64,000 nt of DNA, from contig OZ024740.1 of the NCBI GenBank assembly GCA_964016885.1, forward strand, positions 496,001 to 560,000, written 5' to 3'. Shown here in pieces: positions 25,629 to 37,811 of the stretch. This stretch comes from Eledone cirrhosa (lineage: Eukaryota). Made by a program: the position numbers and the translations under genes. Every line of letters begins with the position of its first letter. The first letter of the stretch is position 1. The notes under the pieces were generated by a model that saw only the letters and a program-made list of their open reading frames with translations, searched no databases and was not told the DNA's origin.

Positions 25629-27014
25629 ATTATTCTTAGTTTTATTTGTATAACTGTTATTACCTTTGTTTATATCTCATCTAATATTACCTATATTTTG
25701 TTTTCCCAACTCATGCACACTTCAACTCCACTGCACACACCCCACATTCTTAGCAACTTCCCTCTTGTGAATGGGTTAGTGATAGGAAGAGTATTCAGCC
25801 ATGAAGGGCTTGCCAAACTAAGTGTTTAGAGGACCCTTCAGTCATAATCTCCTCTATAATAACTGACATTTTTAGTAAAAGATTAGTGAACTTTGCATAA
25901 AAGTCTAATGTCGGTTACCTTAAGTAGTTATATTTCTTTTGTCATGGTGACCTAGGTAGCTACAACAGAGTACTCAGTTATGGTCATGGTGATCTGGCTA
26001 GCTATGACAGGGTACCTGTTGTCATGGTGATCTGGTTAACTAGAACAAGGGACCTTTGTTGACACTCAACTGATGTCTGTTGTTATGGTGACCTGGGTGC
26101 TTTTTGTCATGTTACCAACATGACCACTTTACAGTGGGGGCTGGGTGCTTTTTGTTGTGACACCTACACAACCACTTTACAGTGGAGACTGGGTGCTTTT
26201 TGTTGTGACACCTACACAACCACGTTATAGGTCGATAAAATAAAGAACCAATAGTATTTCTTCTTGCTCCTTATATTCTGAGTTCAAATCCTCCCCATGG
26301 CCTAGTTGTATGTTAGATTTAATCGATTACTCAGCTTAACACCACCGCCACTTGGTACTTGAGTACTTTTAGCAGAGTCTGCTCTGTTGCAAGAATTTGA
26401 GCTAGGAGTCCAATTTAAGGATAACATCTTCCCTCCATTACACCAGCTTCAGATGCCCTGAAAATAGCCACCATATCTACTACACTTTCATCTCTACCTC
26501 AGAAGTAAAAATAAAAAGAACTGCAAGGTTTGTAAGTTAATCAAGGGGAATTGAAAAATATTTGGACCAGATACCTGGAAAACCATCGCTGCAAGAGATA
26601 GAGAAAATAGTGCTGATTCGTACTGTCCATGTCTCGAGAAGGACATTATCAATTTCAAAACCTTGCAACAAGATTTACTGTTGTTTGTGCCCTTGTGGCA
26701 TTATTTGTATGTCAATTGATTGTAAAAAGAAATAATTATAATTGCAATTATATATTTATAATTATGTCTTAGTGATTATATATGTATCTATACGTGTATG
26801 TTTATGCATGTATTGTTCACACTTACTGGTGTAGATCTGTCTGTGTGATAAAAGACACTTGCTTTGTAACCACAAGGTTTTAGGTTTGATTACAATATGT
26901 GGCACATAAGTCATGTGTCAGTTTATTAAAGCCACAATCTATGTGATTTTGGTAGACAGAAACTGTTTGTAAGCCTGTTGTAAACATTTGTATGTATGTA
27001 TGAAGACATCATTA

Positions 27015-27345
27015 ATTGGACATGCAAATTCTGACGTGTTCTTCCCTCAGAAGCTGGTTACATTAATCACCTGAAGTCACGTGAAAGAACAACCACCTGA
27101 AACAACATGCATGATATGCAACAAAATGAGTAGAACTAGTTCTGGACGAAAAAAACATGGTGGTGCATGAAGATTATGTCTCACAGGGTGACCCCACCTT
27201 TCCTGTGAGAAGCACAACCCTCTTCTGTCACCTGTGTCATAAACCATGCAGATCTACAGCTGGTCTACAAAGTCGTGGACGTGGATGGGATGACAATGAA
27301 GAATCAATAAGAGATGGCAATCGTCTGAAGACGCTGCAATCCTCA
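27015..27345 (+). mobile_element. Decayed RTE-like LINE 3' end with three C2H2 finger remnants
   Basis: CKF*RVLPSEAGYINHLKS; CMICNKMSRTSSGRKKH; CHLCHKPCRSTAGLQS; terminal hairpin CGTCTGAAGACG. Confidence 0.55.
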
Positions 27346-28324
27346 TGTGTATGTATGTATGCACACACGCACTTATGTATGTGTCTGCATGAGACTTCAT
27401 AATGACACCATTTAAGCCTGCGATGATAAAATATTGGTAAAGGTATCTGGTTACAGAAATACTGCTTCAAAAGGTCTCGTGCAGCCCATACCAGCATGGA
27501 AAACTGGACATAAATCTCATGATAATGATGATGATATTATCAATGGGAAGCATATTCACATTCTTTCACAAAAATTAATTGAAACAACTTTCTTTAAACT
27601 GATTTTTTTTTTTTCGGATTGTAGTGTTTTTCTTTGTTTCTTCTTTTTTAAAATTTCTATTTCAATTTTTAATAGAATTGTACTACGTGACCAACAACAA
27701 TTTTTTTCTCTTTTTCCCCAAACTCTTCTCTTAAATATTTTTAATTGATCCCCCCCTCCTCCTCCTAACACTTCAGCAACCTTTCTCTACATCTCAGCTA
27801 TTCTTTAAAAAAAAAATATGTTCAGTAAAACTTCCATTAATGTTTCTTCTGCTCTGAATAAGTTGTTTTCATAATCCATATTCCTTATCATTTATCTCAC
27901 ATCCTCTTGGGATGTGGGTGAAATAGGTATGTGCTTTTACTCAGAAGGCCTTTTTATTTACACTAACGCCCCCTTTTTTTCTTTTAATGGGAAATGATAT
28001 CATTTGTTTTTAGAGTATAAATATGATATTGTCTTCTACAGTTATAGGATTGTCAAGTTTTGTTTTTATTCTTTTTAAAAAATCTTTACTAGTTTCAAAT
28101 ATTAGAATTATGCAAAAGCAAGTCAAAAATTATCCAACCCACTTTGTGATTTTAAATATTAAAATTATTGTTATAGTTTGATAGGGTCATGCTACCAATA
28201 AAAACACATGCGCAAGTAGAGTTTTATTCAGTTTTGTCAAAGTTCTTTTCTCTCACATACTGTAACTTTCTCAATCACTATTCTTGTTCCTCTGTCTCCT
28301 CTTCATTATCCTTTGGTTTTATTT

Positions 28325-28625
28325 GGTAGATTGGCAGTATTGGTAGAGGGTCAGATGCCATGCTTTGCAGCATAGAGTTATGACCCTTTACTTTTTTAGT
28401 TCAAATCCCGCTGAGGTTAGCTTTGCCTTCCATCCTTACGGGGTCGATAAAAGAAAGCACCAGTAATGCACTGGGGTAATTCCTGGCATTGTGCCAAAAA
28501 GTAGAAACAATTATTATTACGGGGTTGATAAAATAAAGTACCAGTAACACAGATTGATTAATCGAGTTTCCCCTTTTCCAAAATTGTTCACCTTGTGCCT
28601 AATTTAGAAACCATTATTATTATTA
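28325..28625 (+). mobile_element. SINE-B plus a partial second tail
   Basis: GGTAGATTGGCAGTATTGGTAGAG head, GTTCAAATCC B box, conserved CATCCTTACGGGGTCGATAAA block, (ATT)n tail. Confidence 0.8.
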
Positions 28626-29635
28626 TTTGAAAGTTCCTTTGAATTCTGCTTCTTTCCCAAATCATGCCGAGTGTTAGACATATATGTGTGTGTTTTATTA
28701 ATAATCTAATTAATATCCTGCTAAAACTTGAAACAAAAATTAATTGTTAGCATTAAATATTCATTAGTGATTCCAGTCACTCAATAAGCAATTATTTCAC
28801 CCTCAAGTCTATAATACAATATTTCAAACAAATTATACTAAATAGTGTTTGCATTTAATCTATTTCTTCTGCACTGCTTTTGAGAAAATGGTGCAGATCT
28901 GTCTGTAGAGTACCATATGTACTAACTAATATATGCCACATCTTTAGAGAAAATGGCACTGGACTAGTTAGTACCATAAATACTAACTAGTATATGTATA
29001 AGTTACACCTTTGTCTGAAAATTCAATGTGAAAAACTAGTATACAACTTTCTACTGGATCTACAAAACCTCAATTCCAAATATATGAAGAAATGGAATGG
29101 ATCTTTGTTAGTTTCAACAATGAGTGTTCCATTTGTTTGATCACCAGCCTGCTCATGAAATTAATGTGCAAGTAGCTGAATATTCCACAAAAACATGTTA
29201 CTTCAACATAGTTCTCAAGGGGATCCAGCATGACAGTGTGTGACAAAGCTAATGTCACCAAATGGATACTTTTAAAATGTCACAGGAGTTATAGGTACCA
29301 TTCATATTTGCTAACTGAATATATATATAAAGGCAAAATATAAGATACATTGTAAATTGGTATGTAAAATAGAGGTACAACTTATCTACCAGTGTGACTT
29401 TTACACAAATACATCCAGCATATAAAACATGGCCACTTGGAACATGTATGGTTTTTCACTTCTACAATATAGTTTAATAAATGACTGGTGTGTTAACAGT
29501 ATTTTGTTTCTTGGGTATATATCTATAATTTTTAGCCAACACTGATATAATGTTAGCTAAACAATCTATAGATATGTTCCATAGTAGAGTATAGCAACAT
29601 GTTTTAACAATTCTATGATATTTCGAAATTATTAA

Positions 29636-30043
29636 CACTTTTTCTGACCATATTTCTAGTGAAATATATTTTTATTAGGGATTTACTAAAATTATCAATT
29701 ATTTTATTATTAAGATTAATAACATAACCTTACTTCTTATGTTGGAAGATTATAATTTTATATAGGAACCCTCATAGAACCACAGCCAAGTTTTGAGTAG
29801 ATTGCTATCAAAAGGGTTTAACCCTTTCATGACTGCAATTCTAATGAAATACACTCTATTTTAATTAATAAATGAAGAATTTCGAGGGATTTACTAGAAT
29901 TATTTATTATTTCATTACTAAGATAGTAAATTAATGTAAGGTTCTTGTATAAGATTATGTTGGAAGATTTAAATTTAAATTGGAAACCTTTAAAATGAGT
30001 GGTTTTATTTCATAGAACCAGAGCCAGTTTGGTAACTAAAGGG
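29636..30043. mobile_element. Two adjacent piggyBac-like MITEs (MITE-2; 29636-29816, 29822-30043)
   Basis: TTAA|CCCTTT...AAAGGG|TTAA termini on the second copy; the two copies are mutually homologous. Confidence 0.65.
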
Positions 30044-30549
30044 TTAAAACCTTCTAATGAATCATTGCTACAAGACTGGCTGTTAATCTTACTGAGTTTG
30101 ATATTTTTTAAATCCAAAAGAGGTTAAAAGTTCAAACTGTCTCTGGTGGTGACTCCCACAATTCTCAAAAATGAATAAAATCTTAGTAATTTGTCATGTG
30201 TAAGGCTAGTTAAGTTCACAACATTTTAGTTGATTTTTATTTATTTCTGTCCTTAAAGTAGCAATGTCATGTACTAATGGTACTGTAACTATTCTCTCTC
30301 TCTCTCAAAATCCTCATAAAAGTTCTCTACATTAACTTATATCTCAGATAACCCTGTGTATATATATATATGAAATCATCATCGTTTAACATCCATCTTC
30401 CATGCTAACATGTATGAAAGTATATGTATTATACTCATCAATAGATAAATATAATTGTGATTGAAAATAGTTGTCTATTTATTAACTAAATCACCTTTCT
30501 GCAGATTATATATATATATATATAATCTTCATATTTATTATTATTATTA

Positions 30550-30740
30550 TTGAATTGGCAGTATCGGTAGAGGGTTGGACGCCACGCTTTCTAGCATAGT
30601 TACGTCCCTTTACAGTCTGAGTTCAAATCCCGCCGACGTTAACTTTACCTTTCATCCTCACAGAGTCGATAAAATAAAGTACCAGTAATGTACTGGGTAA
30701 TTGCTGGCCTTGTGCCTAAAGTAGAAACAATTATTATTAT
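30550..30740 (+). mobile_element. SINE-B
   Basis: Same head, B box GAGTTCAAATCC, central block and (ATT)n tail. Confidence 0.82.
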
Positions 30741-30866
30741 GTGTGTGTGAATGATAAACAGAAATAACAAAGCAAACGACACAGTACAATGAAGAAATAT
30801 ATTAGTTTTATGCTTGATATAAAAGTGCCTTTGTATGTCTATTTTCCAAATATAAATAAAATCTAT

Positions 30867-30991
30867 GAGTACATAGAAGTTATGAAAAGATTCAACAAGA
30901 GAAACTTGGAGTACATGGTAGCTATGAAAAGTTTCAACAAGAGAAACTTGGAGTACATGGTAGCTATGAAAAGATTCAACAAGAGAAACTT
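30867..30991. repeat. 42-bp minisatellite, 3 copies
   Basis: GAGTACAT recurs at 30867, 30909 and 30951. Confidence 0.88.
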
Positions 30992-31059
30992 CTGTTTTAC
31001 AGCTTCCTTTCTTTACTATTTTCTTTCTTTTTCTTAGGCATAATCTGCCTCCCATTCAT

Positions 31060-31228
31060 CAGCATTTTACATCTGCTATTCTCTGCTTGCAAGGGTGGGA
31101 CAGGTCCTATTCAGCACAGCATCTCTCCACGGTACTTTGTCATCTCCTCCGTGAGTTTCAGCGATCTGAGATCTGTTCTCACCACCTCCGCCCATGTTTT
31201 TCGTGGTCTTCCTCTACTGCGTCTTCCT
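31060..31228 (-). mobile_element. RTE-C 3' end fragment
   Basis: Homologous to 6853-7021. Confidence 0.8.
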
Positions 31229-31419
31229 TGTATTAGCCTTCAATAATTGAAATATTTATTTTTATTACTTGTTTCTATACGGACGTTTAAATTGATTAAA
31301 TAAAGCAGTTTCAGTTCATACCATAAAAATGTCATTAGTTTATACCATAGAGTATGGCTTAGCATCACATAAGACACCCACTCATGGAAATCATGGAAAA
31401 AACAAACAAAAATACTAAT

Positions 31420-31594
31420 AATTATTATTTCTACTATTGGCACAAGGCCAGCAATTACCAGTACATTACTGGTACTTTATTTTATCGACCCCCGTAAGGA
31501 TGAAAGGCAAAGTTAACCTCGGCGGGATTTGAACTCAGAATGGCAAGGGCCGTAACTCTATGCGTCAAAAAGCATGGCGTCCGACCCTCTACCG
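31420..31594 (-). mobile_element. SINE-B
   Basis: Reverse complement of the SINE-B block. Confidence 0.82.
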
Positions 31595-32057
31595 AGCTTT
31601 TTAGCCTTCCCCCCCCCCCCCGCGCGTGTGTGTGTGTGTGTGTGTGTATGTTGATTTTAAAATATTTGCTTGTTTACCAACGATGATATAGCTTTATGCC
31701 TTTTGATATATCTATGGAACTTTTAGATAACAGCTAACTTAAAACAGCAACAAGTATTTCTAGCTAGCCCTACTTCTCTTTCATCATTGCTACTTACAAG
31801 ATGAGGGTGTTGGAGAAGGATACAATATTTATTTTAGAGAGAAGCTGAGTCAGTCCAACGATGTGTAAACAGGAAACTGTTTAGACAAATCTTAGTATTT
31901 AATAAGCACAACTTACAAGTAACCAATTTGGGTTTTAATGTTTCAATTTTATTTAAGAAATAAGCGAAATAAGTGCCAAAATTAAATTCAAAAACGATAC
32001 TTGGCAATATATATAATATATATATTATATTATATATATATTTACATTATATATATA

Positions 32058-32439
32058 TCATCATCATCATTTTACCTCCGCTTTTCCCTGCTTGCAAGGG
32101 TGGGACAGGAACTGATTCTGGCTTGATTTCTACAGCTGGATGCCCTTCCTAACACCAACCTCATTTACAGTGAGTGCTCGATGCTTTTTTGCCGTGGCGC
32201 CTACACGTCCACTTTACTGTGTGGGCTGGGTGCTTTTTTGCCGTGGCACCTCCACGACCACATTGCAGTGGAATAATATGGACCCCAGTCCCTATCATCT
32301 CATTTCTACAGCTGAATAAACTGGAGCAATGTGAAATAAAGTGTCTTGCTCAAAGAAACAACACATCACCCGGTCTGAGAATTGAACTCACAACCTTTCG
32401 ATTGCAAGTCCAATGCTGTAATCACTAAGCCATGTGCCT
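32058..32439 (-). mobile_element. SINE-A
   Basis: Full head-to-tail match. Confidence 0.87.
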
Positions 32440-32491
32440 TTACACATACACACACACACACACACATATAAAGATATATATATATATACAT

Positions 32492-32734
32492 AGTAAGTAA
32501 GGCAATCAAAGATATGAAGATGGGGAAGGCAACCGGTCCATCGTGTATAGCTGCCGAGATGCTGAAGGTATCTGGGTCTGTAGGTCACACTATAACCACA
32601 CGTATTGTTAACCAGGTAATACTAGAAGGTGTCATACCAAAAGATTGGTGCAGTAGCATCATTGTCAACTGCTACAAAGGTAAAGGTGATGCACTCGATA
32701 GAGGAAACTATAGAGCTATAAAGCTGATGGACCA
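32492..32734 (+). mobile_element. RTE-B RT internal fragment
   Basis: MKMGKATGPS..AEML..PKDW..CYKGKGD..NYRAIKL. Confidence 0.85.
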
Positions 32735-32820
32735 GAGATATTTAAATACACTTTTCTTTATTTACTTTGTCTAGACCTCTACTTCACAAGTGAAACTAAA
32801 TCAAACTGATACATCTTTGG

Positions 32821-34108
32821 TACACAAGAGATAGGGGCAATGTTCCCCATGTTACCCTGTCTAAACCTCTGCTACACAAGATATAGGGGCAATGTTCCCC
32901 CTGTTACCCTGTCTAAACCTCTGCTACACAAGAGATAGGGGCAATGTTCCCTCTGTTACCCTGTCTAAACCTCTGCTACACAAGATATAGGGGCAAAGTT
33001 CCCCCCGTTACCCTGTCTAAACCTCTGTTTTACAAAAGATAGGGGCAATGTTCCCTCTGTTACCCTGTCTAAACCTCTGCTACACAAGAAAAATGGGCAA
33101 TGTTCCCTCTGTTACCCTGTCTAAATCTCTGCTACACAAGAGATAGGGGCAATGTTCCCTCTGTTACCCTGTCTAAACCTCTGCTACACAAGAAAAAGGG
33201 GCAATGTTCCCTCTGTTACCCTGTCTAAACCTCTGCTACACAAGAGATAGGGGCAATGTTCCCTCTGTTACCCTGTCTAAACCTCTGCTACACAAGAAAA
33301 AGGGGCAATGTTCCCTCTGTTACCCTGTCTAAATCTCTGCTACACAAGAGATAGGGACAATGTTCCCTCTGTTACCCTGTCTAAATCTCTGCTACACAAG
33401 AGATAGGGGCAATGTTCCCTCTGTTACCCTGTCTAAACCTCTGCTTCACAAGAGATAGGGGCAATGTTCCCTCTGTTACCCTGTCTAAACCTCTGCTACA
33501 CAAGAGAAAGGGGCAATGTTCCCTCTGTTACCCTGTCTAAATCTCTGCTACACAAGAGATAGGGGCAATGTTCCCTCTGTTACCCTGTCTAAACCTCTGC
33601 TACACAAGAGAAAGGGGCAATGTTCCCTCTGTTACCCTGTCTAAACCTCTGCTACACAAGAGAAAGGGGCAATGTTCCCTCTGTTACCCTGTCTAAATCT
33701 CTGCTACACAAGAGATAGGGGCAATGTTCCCTCTGTTACCCTGTCTAAATCTCTGCTACACAAGAGATAGGGGCAATGTTCCCTCTGTTACCCTGTCTAA
33801 ACCTCTGCTTCACAAGAGATAGGGGCAATGTTCCCTCTGTTACCCTGTCTAAATCTCTGCTACACAAGAGATAGGGGAAATGTTCCCTCTGTTACCCTGT
33901 CTAAATCTCTGCTACACAAGAGACAGGGGCAATGTTCCCTCTGCTACACAAGAGATAGGGGCAATGTTCCCCCTGTTACCCTGTCTAAACCTCTGCTACA
34001 CAAGAGATAGGGGCAATGTTCCCTCTGTTACCCTGTCTAAACCTCTGTTTCACAAGAGATAGGGGCAATGTTCCCTCTGTTACCCTGTCTAAACCTCTGT
34101 TTCACAAC
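32821..34108. repeat. 52-bp minisatellite, ~25 copies
   Basis: Unit CTCTGCTACACAAGAGATAGGGGCAATGTTCCCTCTGTTACCCTGTCTAAAC, head to tail, no spacers. Confidence 0.95.
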
Positions 34109-34785
34109 AGGCAGAGCAACTTTCCTCTAAAGATGCACTAGACTTCTGCTACACAAGCTAAACTAAAACAAACCGGTACATCTTAGATACACAAGACGTT
34201 AATAGAGTGTGGCCACAGTATAAAACCCTAAAAAATCCAACATTATATATATAGTGTAGATCTAAAATATATTCCAAGTGTAAAACAATTCTATTAAACG
34301 TGCTACTATTTGATGACATGAATTTCTACCAAACAACAACAACAACACCAACAACAATAACACAGCAGTCTTCTATAATTACAGAGAGGCAATTATTACA
34401 TGTTGACCAATTTCCTGAGCATCTGGTAAAATAATTTGCTGGAAATAAATAGTAAAGCAACCGAGATTAAATATCCTTCAGATTGTGATCTGCTTCCTGA
34501 AGACTGAAGACTATTCTGCTTTAATTCCACTCCAAGTTCACAAAGAAGAACTTTGGCAAACTTTGAAACATTTGGAAACCATATAGAATTCAGAGCTAAC
34601 TTTAACTAAAAAACTCTAAATTGAATGTAAAAAGGAAAAAGCTAAACTGAAAAACAGGAAACATTAAGTTATTGAAATTAAACTATTTCTATGGGAAGGA
34701 AGAGAGTATTTTTTAATATTTAAAAATAATACAAATCTTTTAAAGGGAGGTGAACTTCATATATACATATGTATGTATGTATGTA

Positions 34786-35121
34786 TCATCATTTCGTTTT
34801 TTAAGTCTGCTTTTTCCCTGCTTGCAAGGGTGGGACGGGAACTGATTCTGGCTTGATTTCTACAGCTGGATGCCCTTCCTAACACCAACCTCATTTACAG
34901 TGAGTGCTGGGTGCTTTTTTGCTGTGGCACCTCCACGACCACTTTGCAGTGGAATGATATGGACCCCAGTCCCTATCATCTCATTTCTACAGCTGAGTAA
35001 ACTGGAGCAATGTGAAATAAAGTGTCTTGCTCAAGGAAACAACACATCACCCGGTCTGAGAATTCAACTCACAACCTTTCGATTGCCAGGCCAATGCTCT
35101 AACCACTAAGCCATGTGCCTC
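34786..35121 (-). mobile_element. SINE-A
   Basis: Full head-to-tail match. Confidence 0.87.
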
Positions 35122-35294
35122 CATGTATATTCAGGTTATATTTAATTTGTTGGGATTCAACAAGCTTAAACATTTTTATAACTGATATAAAGCACTCAAT
35201 AGATTAGTGGAGTAAATACACTATCCAGGAAGCTCCAACCGTTAAGGTTGTCTTTTTTCCGGGTATGTCAATATTTATCTATAAAACAAATCTG

Positions 35295-35360
35295 TATTTT
35301 ATCTGATGAAAGCGCACCATAATTTGCCTTGGTTGCCCTTGAGATATGTATAATAAAATA
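35295..35360 (+). ncRNA. Hammerhead, long-stem-II family, core mutated (GAAA->GAGA)
   Basis: TATTTTAT-CTGATGA-AAGCGCACCATAATTTGCCTTGGTTGCCCTT-GAGA-TATGTA-TA-ATAAAATA; perfect 8-bp stem I; same flanks as the 17562 copy. Confidence 0.65.
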
Positions 35361-35398
35361 AATATGGTTTTATAAATATAGTTTCCATTTATTAATAT

Positions 35399-35442
<44 letters not shown>

Positions 35443-36397
35443 ATATATTCATTCGCACGCGCGCACACAATTTTGGTCTGAATTTCTGAGATGAAAAATT
35501 ATTGTTAAACCAATTTATTTGAAATAGTCCAATAAACAAATGTGTTTGTGTATATATATGTATGCGTGTGTGTGTATATATATATGTGTGTGTGTGTACA
35601 TGGCAAGAACTGAAAGTTTCATGAAGATTTTAAGTTTTTGATCATTATTTATCAGTTTATGAAGGTTATTCTGTATATATATACTATACATACACACACA
35701 CATGTATATACATACACACATGTATATACATATACATACACACACACACACATGTAAATTGGTGAAATTGTTAATGTTGCAAGAAATGCATTGAGGAGAG
35801 TCCAGTTTGTTATAAACATTTGGCACCCTCCCACCCCCAGCCATATTTCAGAATAAGTCTCAGAAAAGGGTCATGGCCACAGTTCTTCCGTCCCCTCCCC
35901 CACTAAAAACTACCCCACTCCCACCCAAAGAACTTTAAAAAAAACAAACAAACAAAATATAAAAGCAACTGAGGCTAATGGTGACAATTAAGCTAAGTAG
36001 TCTGAATATAACGAACCCAAACTAATTAATATTTTATATCTTTTCATTTCTGAAAATATCAAATGCTCAGAATGAAAATTTCCTCACATAATTTATGTTG
36101 AATATATATTTTATTCTACTGATTTCAGTCATTAGACTGCGGTCATGCTGGAGCACTACATTAAAGGGATTTAGTTGATCATATCAACCGCAATATCTGT
36201 TTTTATGCCTGGTTCTTATATTATTGATCGCGTTTTATCGAACCACTAATTCATAGCATAAACACACACACAGATATAAACACAGACACGTACACACACA
36301 CACACATATATATATATATTTCTACATTCTACCCACCAGTATCAAGTGTATCATGTTTTAAATACTATGGTATTTTGAACATACATTCTTATATATA

Positions 36398-36778
36398 TCA
36401 TCATCATTTTACGTCCGCTTTTCCCTGCTTGCAAGGGTGGGATGGGAACTGATTCTGGCTTGATTTCTACAGCTGGATGCCCTTCCTAACACCAACCTCA
36501 TTTACAGTGAGGGCTGGGTGCTTCTTTTCCGTGGCGCCTACACGTCCACTTTACAGTGTGGGCCGGGTGCTTTTTTGCCGTGGCACCTCCACGACCACTT
36601 TGCAGTGGAATGATATGGACCCCAGTCCCTATCATCTCTTTTCTACAGCTGAGTAAACTGGAGCAACGTGAAATAAAGTGTCTTGCTCAAAGAAACAACA
36701 CATCACCCGGTTCGAGAATTGAACTCACAACTTTTCGATTGCAAGCCCAATACTCTAACCACTAAGCCATGCGCCTTC
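36398..36778 (-). mobile_element. SINE-A
   Basis: Full head-to-tail match. Confidence 0.87.
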
Positions 36779-36899
36779 ACATGTTTACAACCACAAAATT
36801 CACTCAAAGGGACAACCTAGAGCTATAGTAAAAGACAGTTGCAACCACAGAGTGGGATCAAATGAAAAAGATAGCTGTAAATCAAAATTCTAAACCATG

Positions 36900-37150
36900 T
36901 ATGTAGGGTCAGCTGAAACGTTATGCTGACCAAGATACTCTCATGGAATGACCAAATGTGCTTTATTTTTCAACATAGTACTTGGAAAGAAACAATGCAG
37001 TTATTAATAACAAGAATTGAAATTAATGCATGCTACATTTCACAGGCCAGCCTATGAGCTTTTTAGCCTACCCGCGCGTGCGTATATGTGGATTTAAAAA
37101 TATTTGCTTGTTTACCAACGATGATATAGCTTTATGCCTTTTGATATATA
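36900..37150. mobile_element. Possible decayed mariner-like MITE plus shared flank (related to 31595-31710)
   Basis: Imperfect inverted ends AGGGTCAGCTGAAA / TTTTAGCCTACCC; the following ~60 bp is duplicated at 31655-31710. Confidence 0.35.
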
Positions 37151-37811
37151 AATACTAATAATAATGAAACAACAATTTTATATATAAGAAATAATGTAAA
37201 AATAAGTAAAGAAGGCATCAAATCTGTTGTAACTCTTAACATTCTGTGATAACTTAGCATCAAATATTTAAAAACAGGTTTATTAATCCAAATACTTATA
37301 GTATCTTTACTAGTGGACAGATTGTTGTGAGAATTTGTAGTAAACTAAAGTATAGAATTAATATTTAATGTGGTGCAGTCGTAGTGCTGTTTTATACTCT
37401 TCAAAAATATTCGGATGTCTGTAACACCACAGGATGTTAAGAATGGTTTCATTTTCTCTCAGAATTTCCTATTTCCTCTGAATTGGTTAGTTTTCAGTGA
37501 GTCACCCTTCTCAGACCACTTCTGTTTGCTTCTCTCATTGTACATGTTTGACCTCTTCTCCTTTATACTGCTGTGTTGATACAGAGGGAAGGGTTAGTGG
37601 ATGAAGAAAGGAAGAAGCTGAGATCAGTAGAAGTAGCAGTGAATACAACCTTCAGACCTGATCTGGTACCAGGGTCAAGGATAACATTTTCTATGGTCAG
37701 TATGAAGTTAATGGGCGAAAACTTTGTACTGTCAAGTAATGCTCTGAGATTCATAAATGTAAGTAAAATGGAGATGCAGTTTATACATAAGTAGTGTGTG
37801 TATATATATGT

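Noticed and set aside
29070-29320. Coding-looking unique segment (also 58014-58382)
   Set aside because: No recognisable domain and no consistent frame with a splice-site pair.
30789-31037. Neuropeptide-precursor-like ORF with repeated KR sites
   Set aside because: The repeats come from a 3-copy 42-bp minisatellite; no convincing signal peptide or amidation pattern.
32821-34108. CRISPR-like appearance of the 52-, 42- and 38-bp arrays
   Set aside because: Units are contiguous with no unique spacers, there are no cas genes, and the context is eukaryotic.
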